From assembly GCF_018977255.1 (NCBI RefSeq), contig NW_024704743.1, positions 98,830,001-98,894,000 on the forward strand: a stretch of 64,000 bases of DNA, in the 5' to 3' direction. The stretch's first letter is position 1. Each line of letters opens with the position of its first letter. This DNA comes from Callorhinchus milii. Lineage: Eukaryota. The notes beneath the pieces are model-generated. The model did no database searches, was not told the origin of the DNA, and saw only the letters and a list, made by a program, of their open reading frames with translations. This document shows, one piece after another, positions 1 to 41,626 of the stretch. A program made the position numbers and the translations under genes.

Positions 1-620
1 GGCGTTTGCATAGTCGAGCCTGGAGGTGATGAAGGCATGAACAAGAGTTTCAGCGGCCTGAGAGGTGAGATAGTGGCAGAGTTGGGCAATGTTACGGAGG
101 TGAGGGAAGGCAGAGCGGGTCATGGCGAAACCTTGGGCAAGTTTCCTTACTCCACACGCCTAATAATAATCCCTCCAAAACCAAAAACAATAATAAAAAT
201 TGGTAATTTTCAATCTACGATTGTTTGGGCACATTGCTGTACGCAATTGGCTGCCGAGTTCGCCCACAAATATACAGTCAATTCACTTTACAGTGTTCTG
301 TGAAGCGCTTTGGGACGTCCTCCCGACGTGAAAAGCGCTATATCAAATGCAAGGATTATTATTATTATTATGGAAGTTGATGTTGCCAGAGCCTGAGGTG
401 CTGAGGCGGTGGCGCGAGCCAATCAGGAGGGCCTCAGTCTTGTTCACATTCAACTGTAGGAAATTTGCCCTCATCCAGGACTTGATGTCCGACAGACAGT
501 CTGTCAGGACAGCAGTGGTCCTGGAGTTGAGGGTGTAGGCAGAAAGATAGAGTTGGGTGTCTGCGGATGATGTCACCAAGGGGGAGCATGTAGACATTAA
601 AGAGGAGAGGGCCAAGGACA
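1..620 (-). mobile_element. L2-type LINE RT fragments (1-~100 and ~376-620) interrupted by a SINE
   Basis: ORF 343..615 ADTQLYLS...[19 protein letters not shown] is typical of L2 RT C-terminus. Confidence 0.8.
121..371 (+). mobile_element. tRNA-derived SINE family A, head-truncated
   Basis: CCTTGGGCAAGTTTCCTTACTCCAC body and AAGCGCTATATCAAATGCAAGG(ATT)n tail shared with other copies. Confidence 0.85.
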
Positions 621-622
621 GA

Positions 623-877
623 GCGTCTCAAAGCACTTCACAGAATATACTGTAAAGTGAATTGACTGTATATTTGTGGACGAAATTTGGCAGCCAATTG
701 CGCACAGCAGTGTCCAACAAGCAGTCGTGGATTTAAGTGACTAATTTATAATTGTTGAGGGATTATTATCAGGCACGTGGAGTAAGGAAACTTGCCCAAG
801 GTTTCACCCTGCCGGGAATCGAACCCAGGTCTCTCGCTTGCGAAGCAAGTGCTCTAACCATTGAGCTACAGGACTCC
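623..877 (-). mobile_element. tRNA-derived SINE family A, short variant, tail-truncated
   Basis: Pol III A/B boxes (TAGCTCAATGG, GGTTCGATTCC) on minus strand. Confidence 0.85.
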
Positions 878-3138
878 TGTAAATTAAGGAGCAGTACTCT
901 TGAGGAGTAAAATCAACTGATTTTATCGGAGGAAAAGATGCACTAGACCAGAAAAGATCAAATACAATATGAAAAGAGCACAAACAAATTGGAGGTGAAA
1001 GGACAAACAATCTTAACTCTGTTTTGGTTCTTCATACAGGAATAATAATCAACTTTAACCAGATCAAATAAATCAAACTAGTTAAACATTTCCTCTTCCA
1101 AATGTTGTTCCGCAACAGTTTGGAGGGTCACTTATTACCTTGGCCTATTTGCTACAGGTGGAATGAAATGTTCTGTTAAGATTCATTTGATCAAGATTTT
1201 CTTTTCATACAAACACTTTTGAATTATTCCACACTCAAAAGATGCAATACTCATTAGTGATCGGTACAAACATTTAGTTAAGCTAATTTGCAAGTCAGCA
1301 TTAAGGCCAAGCTCATGTTCTTATAGATTTACAGCTCTTTTAATAGCAAAGAAAAAACACTTTAAATCTCTCCTGTCGTACTTTAGCAAAACAATCATGT
1401 ACAATAACAGTCAATGTCATACTATAGGTTCACCAGCAACGTAAATATTATCTTTATCTCTCATATTGAAAGGAGGTAGCCTACCTTGAAGTTCCTGAAT
1501 TAGTACCATACAGTATTTTACAAGCCTAAAGATATTCAGTAAATGTTTACACCCCACAGTAGCACACCTCCTGTTTGCTAATCATGAAACTTTAAAAATG
1601 GCCATAGATTTTTTTAAAAAAGGAAATATGCATTAAATGTGTCACATGAATACGCGTTATAATCACCCTCTCTTTTCAAATGAAATCTTCAAATACCAAG
1701 ATTGTATTCTCAAAGAACAATACATTTATCGAAATGCGTTTACCTTCAAATACTACTTTAATCCTTACACTCATGTCTTCCAATACAGCTTTGAAATGTT
1801 CAGAATATTACTTTGGATTTAAACACCCATTTACAAATAAAATGTTCAGGCAAAAAAGCTGTAACATTTCAGTATCAAATAAGTTAAAAAAAAGTCACTT
1901 TAAAATGTACATTTGATACCATGCCAAGCTGCAATCAACATACTGGCCATCAATCCTATTAAGATTTGCTCATTTTAAAGTTTAAAAGACAGAATTCTTT
2001 TGTATGAATGGAACCCAGTATTTCTGCAAAAACAGTGGAAAAGATGGAGCACAATTTGTGAGCAACTCCAAGCGAGTTATTCAGTATTGGCCAAGATTGT
2101 TTAAACTTCAAATTAATCATGTGGGAAAATATTTTTTTATCAGTCAAAGGCAATAAAAGATGGGAGTTATTTTAAAAATAAACATTTGGGGACTCAAAAG
2201 TATTTATTACACATTACCTCAGGATCAAACATTTGCTTAGAAGTCATATCATTCTTTGTAGCTTTGAACAGACACCAAGAACAATATGGCAAAACAATAT
2301 TGCAGTGACTCCCTCTTGCTGCATTCAGAAGGTTGTCAATAAATGGAAATGCTAAAACATCGCCACAATTTATTTGGCAGTTTTTAAAAAAACAAACACA
2401 AAATGCAATCTATGTGAGTGAACAAAAAGGAATGCTGTCCCTTAATCTTCATAAAATAACTTAATCAAATGCAAAGAAATATCAGCAAGCAAGTAGAAGA
2501 TGCAAATGGAACAAGGCTTCCAATTACTCACTGGAAACATATAGATAAGACATGTAGAGGAACACCCAACTAGGCACAAAAAAAAAGAAGTTTCCTTAAA
2601 AAGTAGGCTGCAACATAGATTAGATATTTTCTTACCATAATACATTATTTACTGGAACTCGCAACACTTAAAATATCTGGCATTTTATTTAAGTAGCATA
2701 TCACCAGCAGTTCAAGTATCAGTGGAGTTTAATGTCAGTAGTAAAACACAGATTTCCAACAGCAGTTTGCAGTTCTTGGCTAAGGTGCTGCAGTAAGTCT
2801 AGCAGTTTTCAGACACGGAATAAAAACATAAATAGCACTGACAGTTTCCACTGAGATGACTGGAGGCTCTGCCATTCGTTTTATATTTTATTGTGAATAT
2901 TTTAAGCTAAAGATGATGGCTGTCTATGCAAAATATCTTTTGAGTCCAGTTATCTCTGAGCAATCCTAGGTCAAGTAGCAGACAGCCAAATGCAAAGTAA
3001 AGATTGCTCATTTAAGGAAACAGAAAACGATTCTGCCCTTTTATCCCCCAAAATATGCATTAACTTTCAGAAGTCTTCCTCCTTAACATAGCCTAAATGC
3101 TTTCACTTTTGGCCTTGGAATGAGTTGCCAATATGCAT

Positions 3139-3341
3139 TCAATTACAGGGCATTTTTTGTATTGTGGCTGCATGTTCACTCAAAACTAGATTGGGGCCCT
3201 TATATCCAATAGATATACTTTCATCCTGGGCTGAATTGAAACCTGCATCCCAAAGGTTTGCAAATCCACAAAATCCAGGTTCTCCAAAATTATGCAATAT
3301 ACCCTCTTGACCAAGATCAGGATGGATGCGTGGAGTAAATT
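3139..3341 (-). other. Candidate alternative ROCK1 exon after exon 27 (putative terminal exon)
   Basis: Acceptor cattcacag|AA is in phase with exon 27; open for 66 further codons to TGA; no transcript evidence available. Confidence 0.35.
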
Positions 3342-3529
3342 CTGTGAATGCCATGGGATGACGCAAAATGTACATTAACATTTAAATACTGTGCTAATCT
3401 GTGATTTGCTATAAAACTAAATTCTGACTCAAGAGCTGATAAAGCTTTTAAGTAAATGATCTTTTTGAATATTCAGACCACGAGTCAATGTTCTCTCAAA
3501 TTTAACAGTGTACTGCAAGAAAATCTTAC

Positions 3530-31758
<28,229 letters not shown>

Positions 31759-33538
31759 CTACAAGAGAAATCACAAGATGTTAACAATAAACATAAAGTG
31801 CAGACTGCATACTATTCAGGCTCAACTTGCAAGGAAACAAAAAAAGCATGTTAAAACATTTTTATTTACAAACACTAATTTTGAATTTGTACAAAAAAAA
31901 CAAATGTTGAATGTTTAAGCCCCGTGAAAAAATTACAAAGTAAATTCACTACATGGATACAGATTAGGAAGATCCAGAGTTAGATCCCAGACCTTTTCTG
32001 GGGCAACTGATCTCAGCCAGGGTGATACTGCAACCAGTAGTTATATCTTTGGGTTTTAGTGGGGATGGGTGGGGGGGTTTGGAGAGGAGGTTAAGACAAG
32101 GGAAAGAGTAATTAGTCACACAGTTCCTGTTCCTTCCGTACTACAGGTGCACACGTGGATGTTATATGAACACAGCACGAGACATAGACACAGCACGAGA
32201 CATAACTGTTGTGATTCAATAATCTTGCTAACACATGCTCGTACATGAAGATGTGTTCTCGTGGTATAAAAAATAAAACTTGCATTTTTATAGTGTACAT
32301 CAAAACGTTTCAAAGTACTTCATAATAATTATTGTAAAGTTTGATGGATTTTAATTGGCCAAACGCAGCAATCATTTTGTACACAGCAAACAGCCTTTAG
32401 GTAAATAATCCAATTAATCTGGACAATTACTATGAGAAACTGCCTTCACTTTTCGGATAGTATCATTAGATCTTTAACAATCACCTGATAGGAACTTGGT
32501 TTAATACTTAATTCAGAGAACAAGACCTCCAGCAAGTACTCAACTGGCGTGTCAGCCTGGACTCTGAGCTCTGGTCATGATGTGAAACTTGAACCCACAA
32601 TTTTCTGGCAGAGAGGCGAAAGCGCTACCAAATGAGTCAAGCTGACTTGCAATTATACTCAATTTATATTCATAATAGAAGTATGAGGCACCAACTTCAG
32701 AGGAAGTGGATAAGAAGAACATTTTGGAAAAATTAATACAAATTTACAACTCTGTGCTGCTGGAGACAACTTTGGAGAAGTATTTCAGTATTTCAGACAA
32801 GTATTTATCTGTTATAAATTTGAACTTACAAAAATTTCAACACCTAGTACAAAATTCTTAATTTATTGAACTGTACAATATCATTAAAATCAAGTACTGA
32901 ATAATTATTTCTTCTTTTGTTACAAGAATTGCCACACACATTATAATGTCACAACACTTAACTACCAGTTAGTTAAAATATTTTGTTCTAGATCAGTAAA
33001 GAAGAATCACACGCAGATTTTATGAACTTGTACAGCAGTCACCCCTGGAGAAAGAAACACCTAACGCATATGATACTTTTCAACCAATCTCAACATTACA
33101 AAGAAGCACATCGCATTACTTTATCTTACGTACATTGTCTCAATGAAACCATCACTGAACAGAAAGGCAACTAGAATATAAATAATGCACTTCTAAGTAT
33201 AGAACACACACATTTGGTTATTTAAGTGAAATTGACCATATATAACATGTGACGAAGTTGTGACTGTATTGTGGAGTCCTAACCATAGATCCAAATATGG
33301 CAATGAAACCCCTGCAGTATCATGAAGCATAATTTGTTTCCTGATTCTAGATTCTTTGGTCCACAGCAATGATTGAAAAGTTTATTGAAGACATAGTAAT
33401 TTTGTTGGGGTTGTTAATAATTAACAGTAGACAAATGAAAAGTGGAAAGCAGAACAGAAAAATAGTATCTTAGAAAAAAAGCAGAGAAAGGAGATTAATT
33501 TACGTATGTGCAGAAGAAAACACAACTATGAATATAAA

Positions 33539-33805
33539 CACAACAACAAAATTACATTTGTAGAGCGCCTTTCACATCGGGGATACGTCCCAAAGCGCTG
33601 AACAGTCAGGTGTCGGGGCCCGAACATGGGGGAGGGGTGGTTTAGGGGTGAGGGAAGGTAGAGAGGTGGGAGGGCGACCAAAGGCGCGATCAAAGAGAAG
33701 GGTCTTGAGTCCAGCCTGGAAGGAGGCAAGGGAGGATGCGAGGCGAAGGGACCGTGGGATGGCGTTCCAGAGTGTGGGGGCAGAGAGGCTGAAAGACCGG
33801 CCACT
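33539..33805 (-). mobile_element. L2-type LINE 3' end
   Basis: FSLSAPTLWNAIP...LKTLLF peptide and tail. Confidence 0.85.
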
Positions 33806-33919
33806 GATTTTAAAACATTTGTAGTTTTTCATTTAAAAGTATACAGAATTGTTGCAGAAGCAATATATCATACTTCGCAAGTCCAATGCAATTTGTTTAG
33901 CGGGAAACTGGATTTGTGG

Positions 33920-34620
33920 ATGAGAGATACTCAATGGACAGAGTGTGCCTGACATTTAAAAAGGCATTTGATAAAATCCCCACATTAAACTTCCAGACCA
34001 TCATGGCATTAATACCAAGTTATAAATGTGTCTACAAATCGACTTGGCAACACAAACCAGAACAATACATGGTTGAGGTTCTATTGGGTGTGGGGATGAA
34101 GAACTCAGCATCTTAGTTGATTATCACATGAGTCTATTTAAATTTGCATCAAGCTACAGTATATGGTAAGTATAGGACAGATTGAAGGCACTCAAAGAGA
34201 TCAGGACAGATTAAGTAGATTTGCTCGGGGGTGCTAATGAGTTTTAATATTGATAAACAAGTGAGAATATAAACAAACAGTGTACACTATGGATATTTAT
34301 TGGCGAAAAGGAAAATGGTGAGAATGTGAATGCTGACCATTGACAAAGTATTCAGTATGATTTTTGTCAACAAATGAACTAGTTAAGAAAGAGGATGAAT
34401 CTAGATGTCATTTGATAAGTTGAAACAGGTTATTCAACCTTGTATAAGTCTTCTTTGACAAGGACATATTAGGAGTATTCTGCCCAACTTTTGGATCCAT
34501 ACCTTCAAAGAACCACGAAGGAACTGGTGAATTTTCTCAGAATCAGGAGGATTCCAGGAATTTAGTCAAAGTAATTATGAAAAGTACACAAAAAATTAAT
34601 TAAGGCTGGTAGGAGACATG
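33920..34620 (+). mobile_element. Highly degenerate CR1-type RT remnant
   Basis: FKKAFDKIP motif and downstream CR1-like remnants. Confidence 0.5.
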
Positions 34621-35454
34621 ACCCAGATTGTTATACTGTATAAACTTAAAGTATAGATAAGTATATCAAGCGCTTCGAGACACCGTCCGACATGATGGGT
34701 GCTATATAAATGGAATTTGTTGTTGTATATCTAAGCAGGTTATTTTAATTGCTACCAAGCTATGGGTCAGAGTTCAAGAAGAGGGGCTAACACACATACA
34801 AGACTCAATCACAAAAACTTTTTCATCAGCTACACTGAAAGCCGAAATATATCAGGTCTTTAAAAGGCTGTTTTTATATCCATGGTACGTTTACTTTACA
34901 GCATTGCTGTTAAAAGCAGGACTATCTTGGGTAGAGGTGCTGTACATAAGTGACCAGTGAAAATATTCGGAGGGTGGGGGAGGGGTCTGAGTAAACCTCA
35001 GTTAAAGTGTCAGTCCCCATTAAGACAGGTGAGTTGTTGGCTTGACTGGCAGATCCATCGGCCAGGCAAAGATGAGTCATTTCAATGAGCAGCCCGCTGG
35101 ACCTGACGTGGGCAGGCTCCGGCCAGTGACATGCTGGGAGGTGGGCAAGAAGAGGCCTGAGAGTTGGGGCCACTCGGAAGACTGGCTGGGGTCCTCCTCA
35201 TGTCTCAGAGCTTTCCCCTCCCATTTCCCCTTAAAGAGCTGAGCTGCAGATAGATGGGGGTCTTGCCACCCGAAACCTGTGGTGCTGTAAGAGAAACAGT
35301 ATGCCATGGTCAAATTGTAATTTACCAGGCCAGAGGTTCCCCCCATTAAATATTATGATTACTATCATTTTGATAAAACAATTTTTCTAAAAGTTTTATT
35401 TGAAAGATTAGAAGATCTGATGTCGAATCCTACCTCACAAACCGTACATCTACA

Positions 35455-36523
35455 CAAACGGCTTCTCCTCCCGCTCTCACCCGGTTACCTGCGGGGTACC
35501 CCAAGGATCCATCCTTGGCCCCCTCCTCTTTCTGATCTACATGCTCCCTCTTAGGGATGTCATATGCAGACATGGGGTACATTTCTACATGTACGTGGAC
35601 GACACCCAACTCTATTTTTCCACCTCTCTTTTTGCGACCCCCAGTTCCCTGATGTCAGACCTCAGGGGCTGGATGAGCGCAAATTTCCTTCAGCTGAACG
35701 TTGACAAGACGGAAGCCATACTCTTTGGCTCTCGTCAACATCTAAAATCTCACAGCTCTCACTTCCTCCACCTACCCGACCTCCCCCTAAAACTCTCTGA
35801 ACCCGTATGCAACCTAGGCGTCAAGTTCGACCCCCAATTATCCTTTCTCCCTCATATCCGGTCCCTCACCAGCACCACTTTCTTCCATCTCCGACGCATC
35901 GCCCGTCTCCACCAATACGTCCTCTCCAAAAGCTGCTGAAACCCTAGTCCATGCCTTTGTCACTCCTCGGCTGGTCTATTCTAACGCCCTCCTCGCCGGT
36001 CTCCCATCCACTACAATCCATAAAATCCAGATCATTCAAAACTCTGCCGCCTACATTCTCACCCGCACCAAACTCCTCTCCCTGATCACCCCAGTCCTTG
36101 CCAGACTGCACTGACTGCCTATCCCAGAGAGGATCGACTTCAAGATCCTCACCCTTGTATTCAAATCCCTCCACTCCTCTGCAGCCCCCTACCTCTCTGA
36201 CCTCCTCTCTTCAAAACAGTACCCGTTGCCTTCGTTCCTCCGGGTCTGGCCTCCTCCTCGTCCCCCGAGTCCTCCGCTCTACCCTCGACGGTCGCGCCTT
36301 CAGCCACTACACCCCGAGGCTCTGGAATTCCCTTCCTCACTCCCTTCGCCTCGCTCCCTCTCTTCCTATTTTCAGGTCTCTGCTGAAGACCTTTCTTTTC
36401 GACCGCGCCTTTGGTCACCTTCCTCTCCATCCCCCTGGCTCGGCCCCAGAATCCGTTACTGTGAAGTGCTCTGAGACACCGTCCGGCGTGGAGGGTGCTA
36501 TATAAATCCAAGTTGTTGTTGTT
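35455..36523 (+). mobile_element. L2-type LINE, ~1.07 kb 5'-truncated copy
   Basis: [32 protein letters not shown] motifs with frameshifts and stops; (GTT)n tail. Confidence 0.92.
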
Positions 36524-36987
36524 GACCTTCACAGGAGGCACATTGCATGATGCAGTCATACTGAGCTCAGTTTTGGAGCAGGCTGTAGAACCTGCATGTT
36601 GTGAAATGGTAATAAGTGTGGTTCTTAATTTTATCTTACAATCTTGAAAAAAAACTGGAGATTCTAGCAAAATATTGCTAGTTTATATTACTGGAAACAA
36701 AAATGTCACTGCTTTCAGAAGTTATATTATGCATAACACGAATGTTAGACAGGAAGCTAGCTCATTTCTGCTCCTAATTTCAATGCACAACATTATAACA
36801 TGTGTGCCAATTTTTTTAAATGTTGTCACACACCAGCAGCTCTAGAGCTACCTTAATATATGGTCCCTTACAAAATATTAGCTGTCCACTGGAAGTTCCA
36901 AGAAATTTTAAGGGACCATTTCTGAACGAAGCCTACATGAATTTCACTTCACTCTCTACCTCTCTGACCTTTTTACATAATAAAAAT

Positions 36988-37319
36988 AAATAATCCTTGC
37001 ATTTGATATAGCACCTTATCACTTCTTCAAAATGTCTCAAAGTGCTTCACAAAATATACTGTAAAGTGAATTGACTGTATATTTTGCAGGCGAAACACGG
37101 CAGCCAAATGCGCACAGCGGTATCCCACAAACATTTGTGGATTGAAGTGACCAATTTTTTTTGAAGGAATTATTACTCCGGGAAAGAGATCCGCCAATCA
37201 ACGAACAGCCAGGTTCCTACTTACTGCTAGATAAACAGAGATGCGTGAAGTAAGGAAACTTGCCCAACATTTTGCCCAGCCGGGAATCAAACCCAGAGTG
37301 CTCTAACCACTGAGCTACA
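36988..37319 (-). mobile_element. tRNA-derived SINE family A, long variant
   Basis: Body, tail and partly deleted head. Confidence 0.82.
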
Positions 37320-39319
37320 TCCCACTCCACTAATGATTGCCTTTGCCCAGCTGGCTCTGGCCTCCTGCAAGTCCCCCATCCCATCAGTGCCTGTATTTTC
37401 AGCCACTACGTCCCCAAACTATGGAACTTTCTGCCTCAATCACTCAACCTTGCCCCTTCCTTAACCACCTTCAAATCACACCTGAAAACCTTACGCTTCA
37501 CCCCATGCCTTCGGTCTCTTCCCCCTCTCTTAGGTTTGGCATCAAGCTCCGCCACTGTTAAGCGCTCCGAGATGCTACCCCACATCAAGGGCACTATATA
37601 AATGCAAGTTGTTGTTGAAACTGCAATCAACGTGTTTATATAACTCTCGTGTAATTGGTTGGGATCATTCTACTTTATAGCCCAATTTACTTTGTGTCTC
37701 TCACAGTGCAGCACAAAATAAACAGAGCGTTAATCATTGTAGCTGACCAAAAAAGGAGTCATGTTTCTTTCAGAAGGATGCCCCCATTGGGTATGCAATT
37801 TTAGGATTTTTGGGGGGTCAGCCAAGTGTCTGACACATGCAGAAACTCAACACAATGCTTAAGAGTATCCAAACCAGGATAGTTCCACATATCTATGCCA
37901 CCAACGCATGGCTATTTCTGCATGTTTGGAATGGAATGTGCTCCAGAGAGTTTTAGCTGCAAGTTGGCCAGAGGAGGCTTGGGGACTGCAATGTGTGTGT
38001 TTGGGTACTGCTGGAGTCTTACCAGCCTAAAACATACAGCTTGTCATTGAGGGCACTGTCTGGCAAGCTTCTTGTCCAGCTAGAACCACTCTACTCATTT
38101 AAGTTTTGGTTGCACGGATGACAGGAGCTAAAAGTGGGAAGAATCCCTCCTCCCAAGCCCTGCCAACAAGCCAGGCCAGCTGGTGTGTCTTCGGCAGTAC
38201 CCTGGAGTAGTACTGTGGACTTCTGAGGCCACAGAGGATTGACTTGATTCTGACATTCCATTCCCAAGTACGTCACCTCAGAGTCAGCTTAGCTCCAAGG
38301 AGCCTTGTTTCTCTCCCTTCCCCCCCTCCCCCACCCCCGAGGATATTTTTGAATTTTCTGACATGTTCTAACGTATATTTAGGATCGTATTATAAAAAAA
38401 ATGTAATCCATTTTAGTAAAATATACATTTTCAAAAGAATTAATATTTCTTAAACATGTATTTTTAATATTCTGGATCACACAAACACCACATACCAACA
38501 TCAAGAAGTTGTCAGCCGAACATTCACACTGGCCTTACTTAGTAAATCTGTGTTAAATCAATATTCTGTTTCCAGTAGCTTTTGAGTAATGATATTTATG
38601 GTGTGGCCTTAAAATAAGATATTAATCAAGAAAAATGTATTTGGTTGGCCAACCAAAAAGCTTGGCCACCACTGCCATATATAAATACCTATGGTCATGT
38701 GACAATTTTGAATTTTATCTACAGCAACCACAAGTTTCAGAAAGCCATGTACAACAGAATACTGCTATGACAACTACCACAGTAACCAATCAAAGCATTA
38801 AACACAAAAACCTAAACCAACAAACACTACCTCCAAGCACTATTCTAACGGTTAACTATCAAATTATGCAACTCATATCCAGGCGATATTTAAAGCCACT
38901 TTCAACTGAGCAATAATCTGGTAGCAAGAATGCCAGGTTTTTTGTACTTTATTACCTTCTCAGGTATGCATTAATGTGATGTTTAAAAAACAAAACTGAC
39001 AATCTCATAATGAACTTCCTATTCTTTTTCGTGTATTTTTTTCTGTTGGGTTGGTTCAGTGAAGGAACACTGCATGCAAAAAATGCCAGACATATTTGTC
39101 AATTAAATATGTCAGTTAGAACACAATCAAGTTCATTGATATTACTGTGGAACATATTAATGCAAGGTTCTTAATTCTGAATGTTTACCCATTAATCTGC
39201 AAAGAAGCTATGTATATTGCACTTGACGGAAATTAGGTTTTACAAAGAAAATTAAACTTCAACAAGAACAACATGACCTTGATTTGCTATTAGTCTATCA
39301 AGGAGACTAATAGCATGGA

Positions 39320-40164
39320 GGCTCTCCTGATAGAGGCCCTCCTGATTGGCTCTTGTCAGTGCCTCCTCACCTCGGGCGCTGACAGCATCACCATCCGTGG
39401 TTGCACACTCCACCTCACTGAGTCAGTCCGGAACCTTGGCGTCTAGTTTGACCCTCAACTATCCTTTCTACCCCACATCTGTGTCATGACCCGCTCTGCC
39501 TTCCCCCACCTCCGCAACATCTCCCAGCTCCGCCACTGTCTCACACCACAGGCCGCCAAAACCCTCATACAGGCTTAATTACATCAAGGCTTGACTAAGC
39601 AAACGCATTGCTTATCGGCCTCCCCAACTCCCTCCCGCCATAGGCTGCAGATCATCCAGAACGCTGCAGCCCGTGTCCTCTCCCGCACCAGGCTCCGTGA
39701 CCCTACCACCCCATCCTCGCCCGACTCCATTGGCTTCCCATCACACAGAGGATATAGTTCAAGATCCTGGTCCTCACCTTCAAAGTCCTCCATGGTCTTG
39801 CTCTCCCCTATCTCTGCGACCTCCTAACCCCCTACTATCCTGCTCGCTCCCTCTGCTCAGCGGGCTCCGGCCTGCTTCACGTCCCCTGCCTCTTTCGCCC
39901 CACTATTGGCAGGGGGCCTTCTACCACTGCCTCACCCTTTGGAACTCCACCCTGCAGTCCCTCTGCCTCGCCCCCTCCCTTGCCTCTTTCAAGACCAATC
40001 TCAAAACCCTCTTCTCGTGCTTTTGATCTCCCTTCTTCCCCCGCCCTCCACCCTCCCCGATCCTGACCCCCAGCTTGGGTCCTTAAACTCTGTCTATCCA
40101 GCGCCTTCGGACGTCCTCCCGACTAGAAAGGCGCTATACAAATGTAATTTTGTTGTTGTTGTTG
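39320..40164 (+). mobile_element. L2-type LINE 3' fragment
   Basis: RLQIIQNAAARVLSRT peptide; (GTT)n tail. Confidence 0.88.
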
Positions 40165-40359
40165 TAAGGAAGGACAACTATCTTTTCTATTGCAAATCAA
40201 AAATCCAACAATATTAAGACTGTCAGCAACACTTGTATTTTGAATGTGGGAGAGCACTTTTTATCACTGATTTAATAGCTCTTGAAATAGGCAGGAATGG
40301 CTGAGAAGATCAGTATGGAGGTCATAATATGAAGTAAATATCACAGTTGTCTATAAAAA

Positions 40360-40770
40360 GTGTCAGCCTGGCTCAGTGGTAGCAATCCTGTCTGTGTCAT
40401 AAGATTGCGGGTTCAAGCCCCAAGTCGGGACTTGAAATCACATTGGTGGGGGTTACATTGTCGGAGATGCCGCCCTTTGGATAAGACTTTAAACCGAGGT
40501 CCCGTTTGTCTGTTTAGGTGGACGTTACAGATCCCATGGCACGATTTGAAAAAAGGGAGTTTCTCCCAGTGTCCTGGCTAACAATCTCCCAAATAAAATT
40601 GGTCAGCCACTTCATGGCTATTTGTGGTACACTGCTGTGCGAAATTGGCTACCATGTAATGCACACAAAATGCAGTCAATTCATATTACATTCTATCCTG
40701 TGAGGCGTTTTGAGACATCTCCACGACGTGATAAGGCGCTATATCAAATGCAAAAATTATAACATTATTA
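40360..40770 (+). mobile_element. Near full-length DeuSINE-like SINE (SacSINE1/AmnSINE1 superfamily)
   Basis: tRNA head + GGAGATGCCGCCCTTTGGATAAGACTTTAAACCGAGGTCC...AGATCCCATGGCAC...GTGTCCTGGC core + L2-like tail. Confidence 0.78.
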
Positions 40771-41626
40771 TTTTGGAAATCTGTGTGCACAAAATTGCTA
40801 TTTTAGTGATGAACACTTCAAGGGCAGTCTGTTTGTTCACTGCATTGACATACAAACGTATTTAATCATACATATTTGCACCCAGAACTCCTATCATTCA
40901 ATTTCCAGACTCCCAAACAGGTCAGCTACCTGACAGCAACAAATAGAAAAATTAGCAACATGCCAAAAGCGGTCAGAAGAAAAAGAGAAGTTACCCACGG
41001 ATACATTTTGACACAGCAAAACACTAATATTCACCATGTAGAAGTGGGAAACCAATGATTTCAACTGCGAGTTTATGATCTGAGTTACAAAGGGATGTTT
41101 TTTTCAAAATGGGGTGGGGAGGGAGATGAGAAAAATGAGATATGGTGGTTGCCTCCATTGGGCTGCTCTTATACAGCTCTTGGCTTCATTCTGAGCAAAA
41201 CTGGGGAGGGGGAGCAGCAACAGTATAACTAAGTCAAGAAAGGGAAAGAACTGTACATATTCAGGGTAGTAATAATAATCAGCACTCTTACATTTGGTAT
41301 AGCGCTTTACAAGTCAGGAGGATGTCCCAAAGCGCTTCATAGGATATACTGTAAAATGCAGTGAATGTGTTTTTTTATAGGTGAACACTGCAGCGAATTT
41401 GCACACAGCAGTGTCCCACAAAAACTATGAAGCGAATTCCCAATTTTATTTGGGGGATTGTTAGCCAGGACACCAGGCAAAACTCTTTGCTGAATAGTGC
41501 CATGGGATATTTAACATCTACCAGAAAAGGTAAATGGGGCCTGCTTTAACATCTTATCCGAAGGACGGCACCTCCAAAAATGCAGTTCACCATTGCGCCA
41601 CATTGAAGTGTCATCTTAAGACTATA

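Noticed and set aside
3429..3529. Read-through of the exon 27 donor (33 extra codons)
   Set aside because: The donor G|gtaaga is strong and an open stretch of this length is expected by chance.
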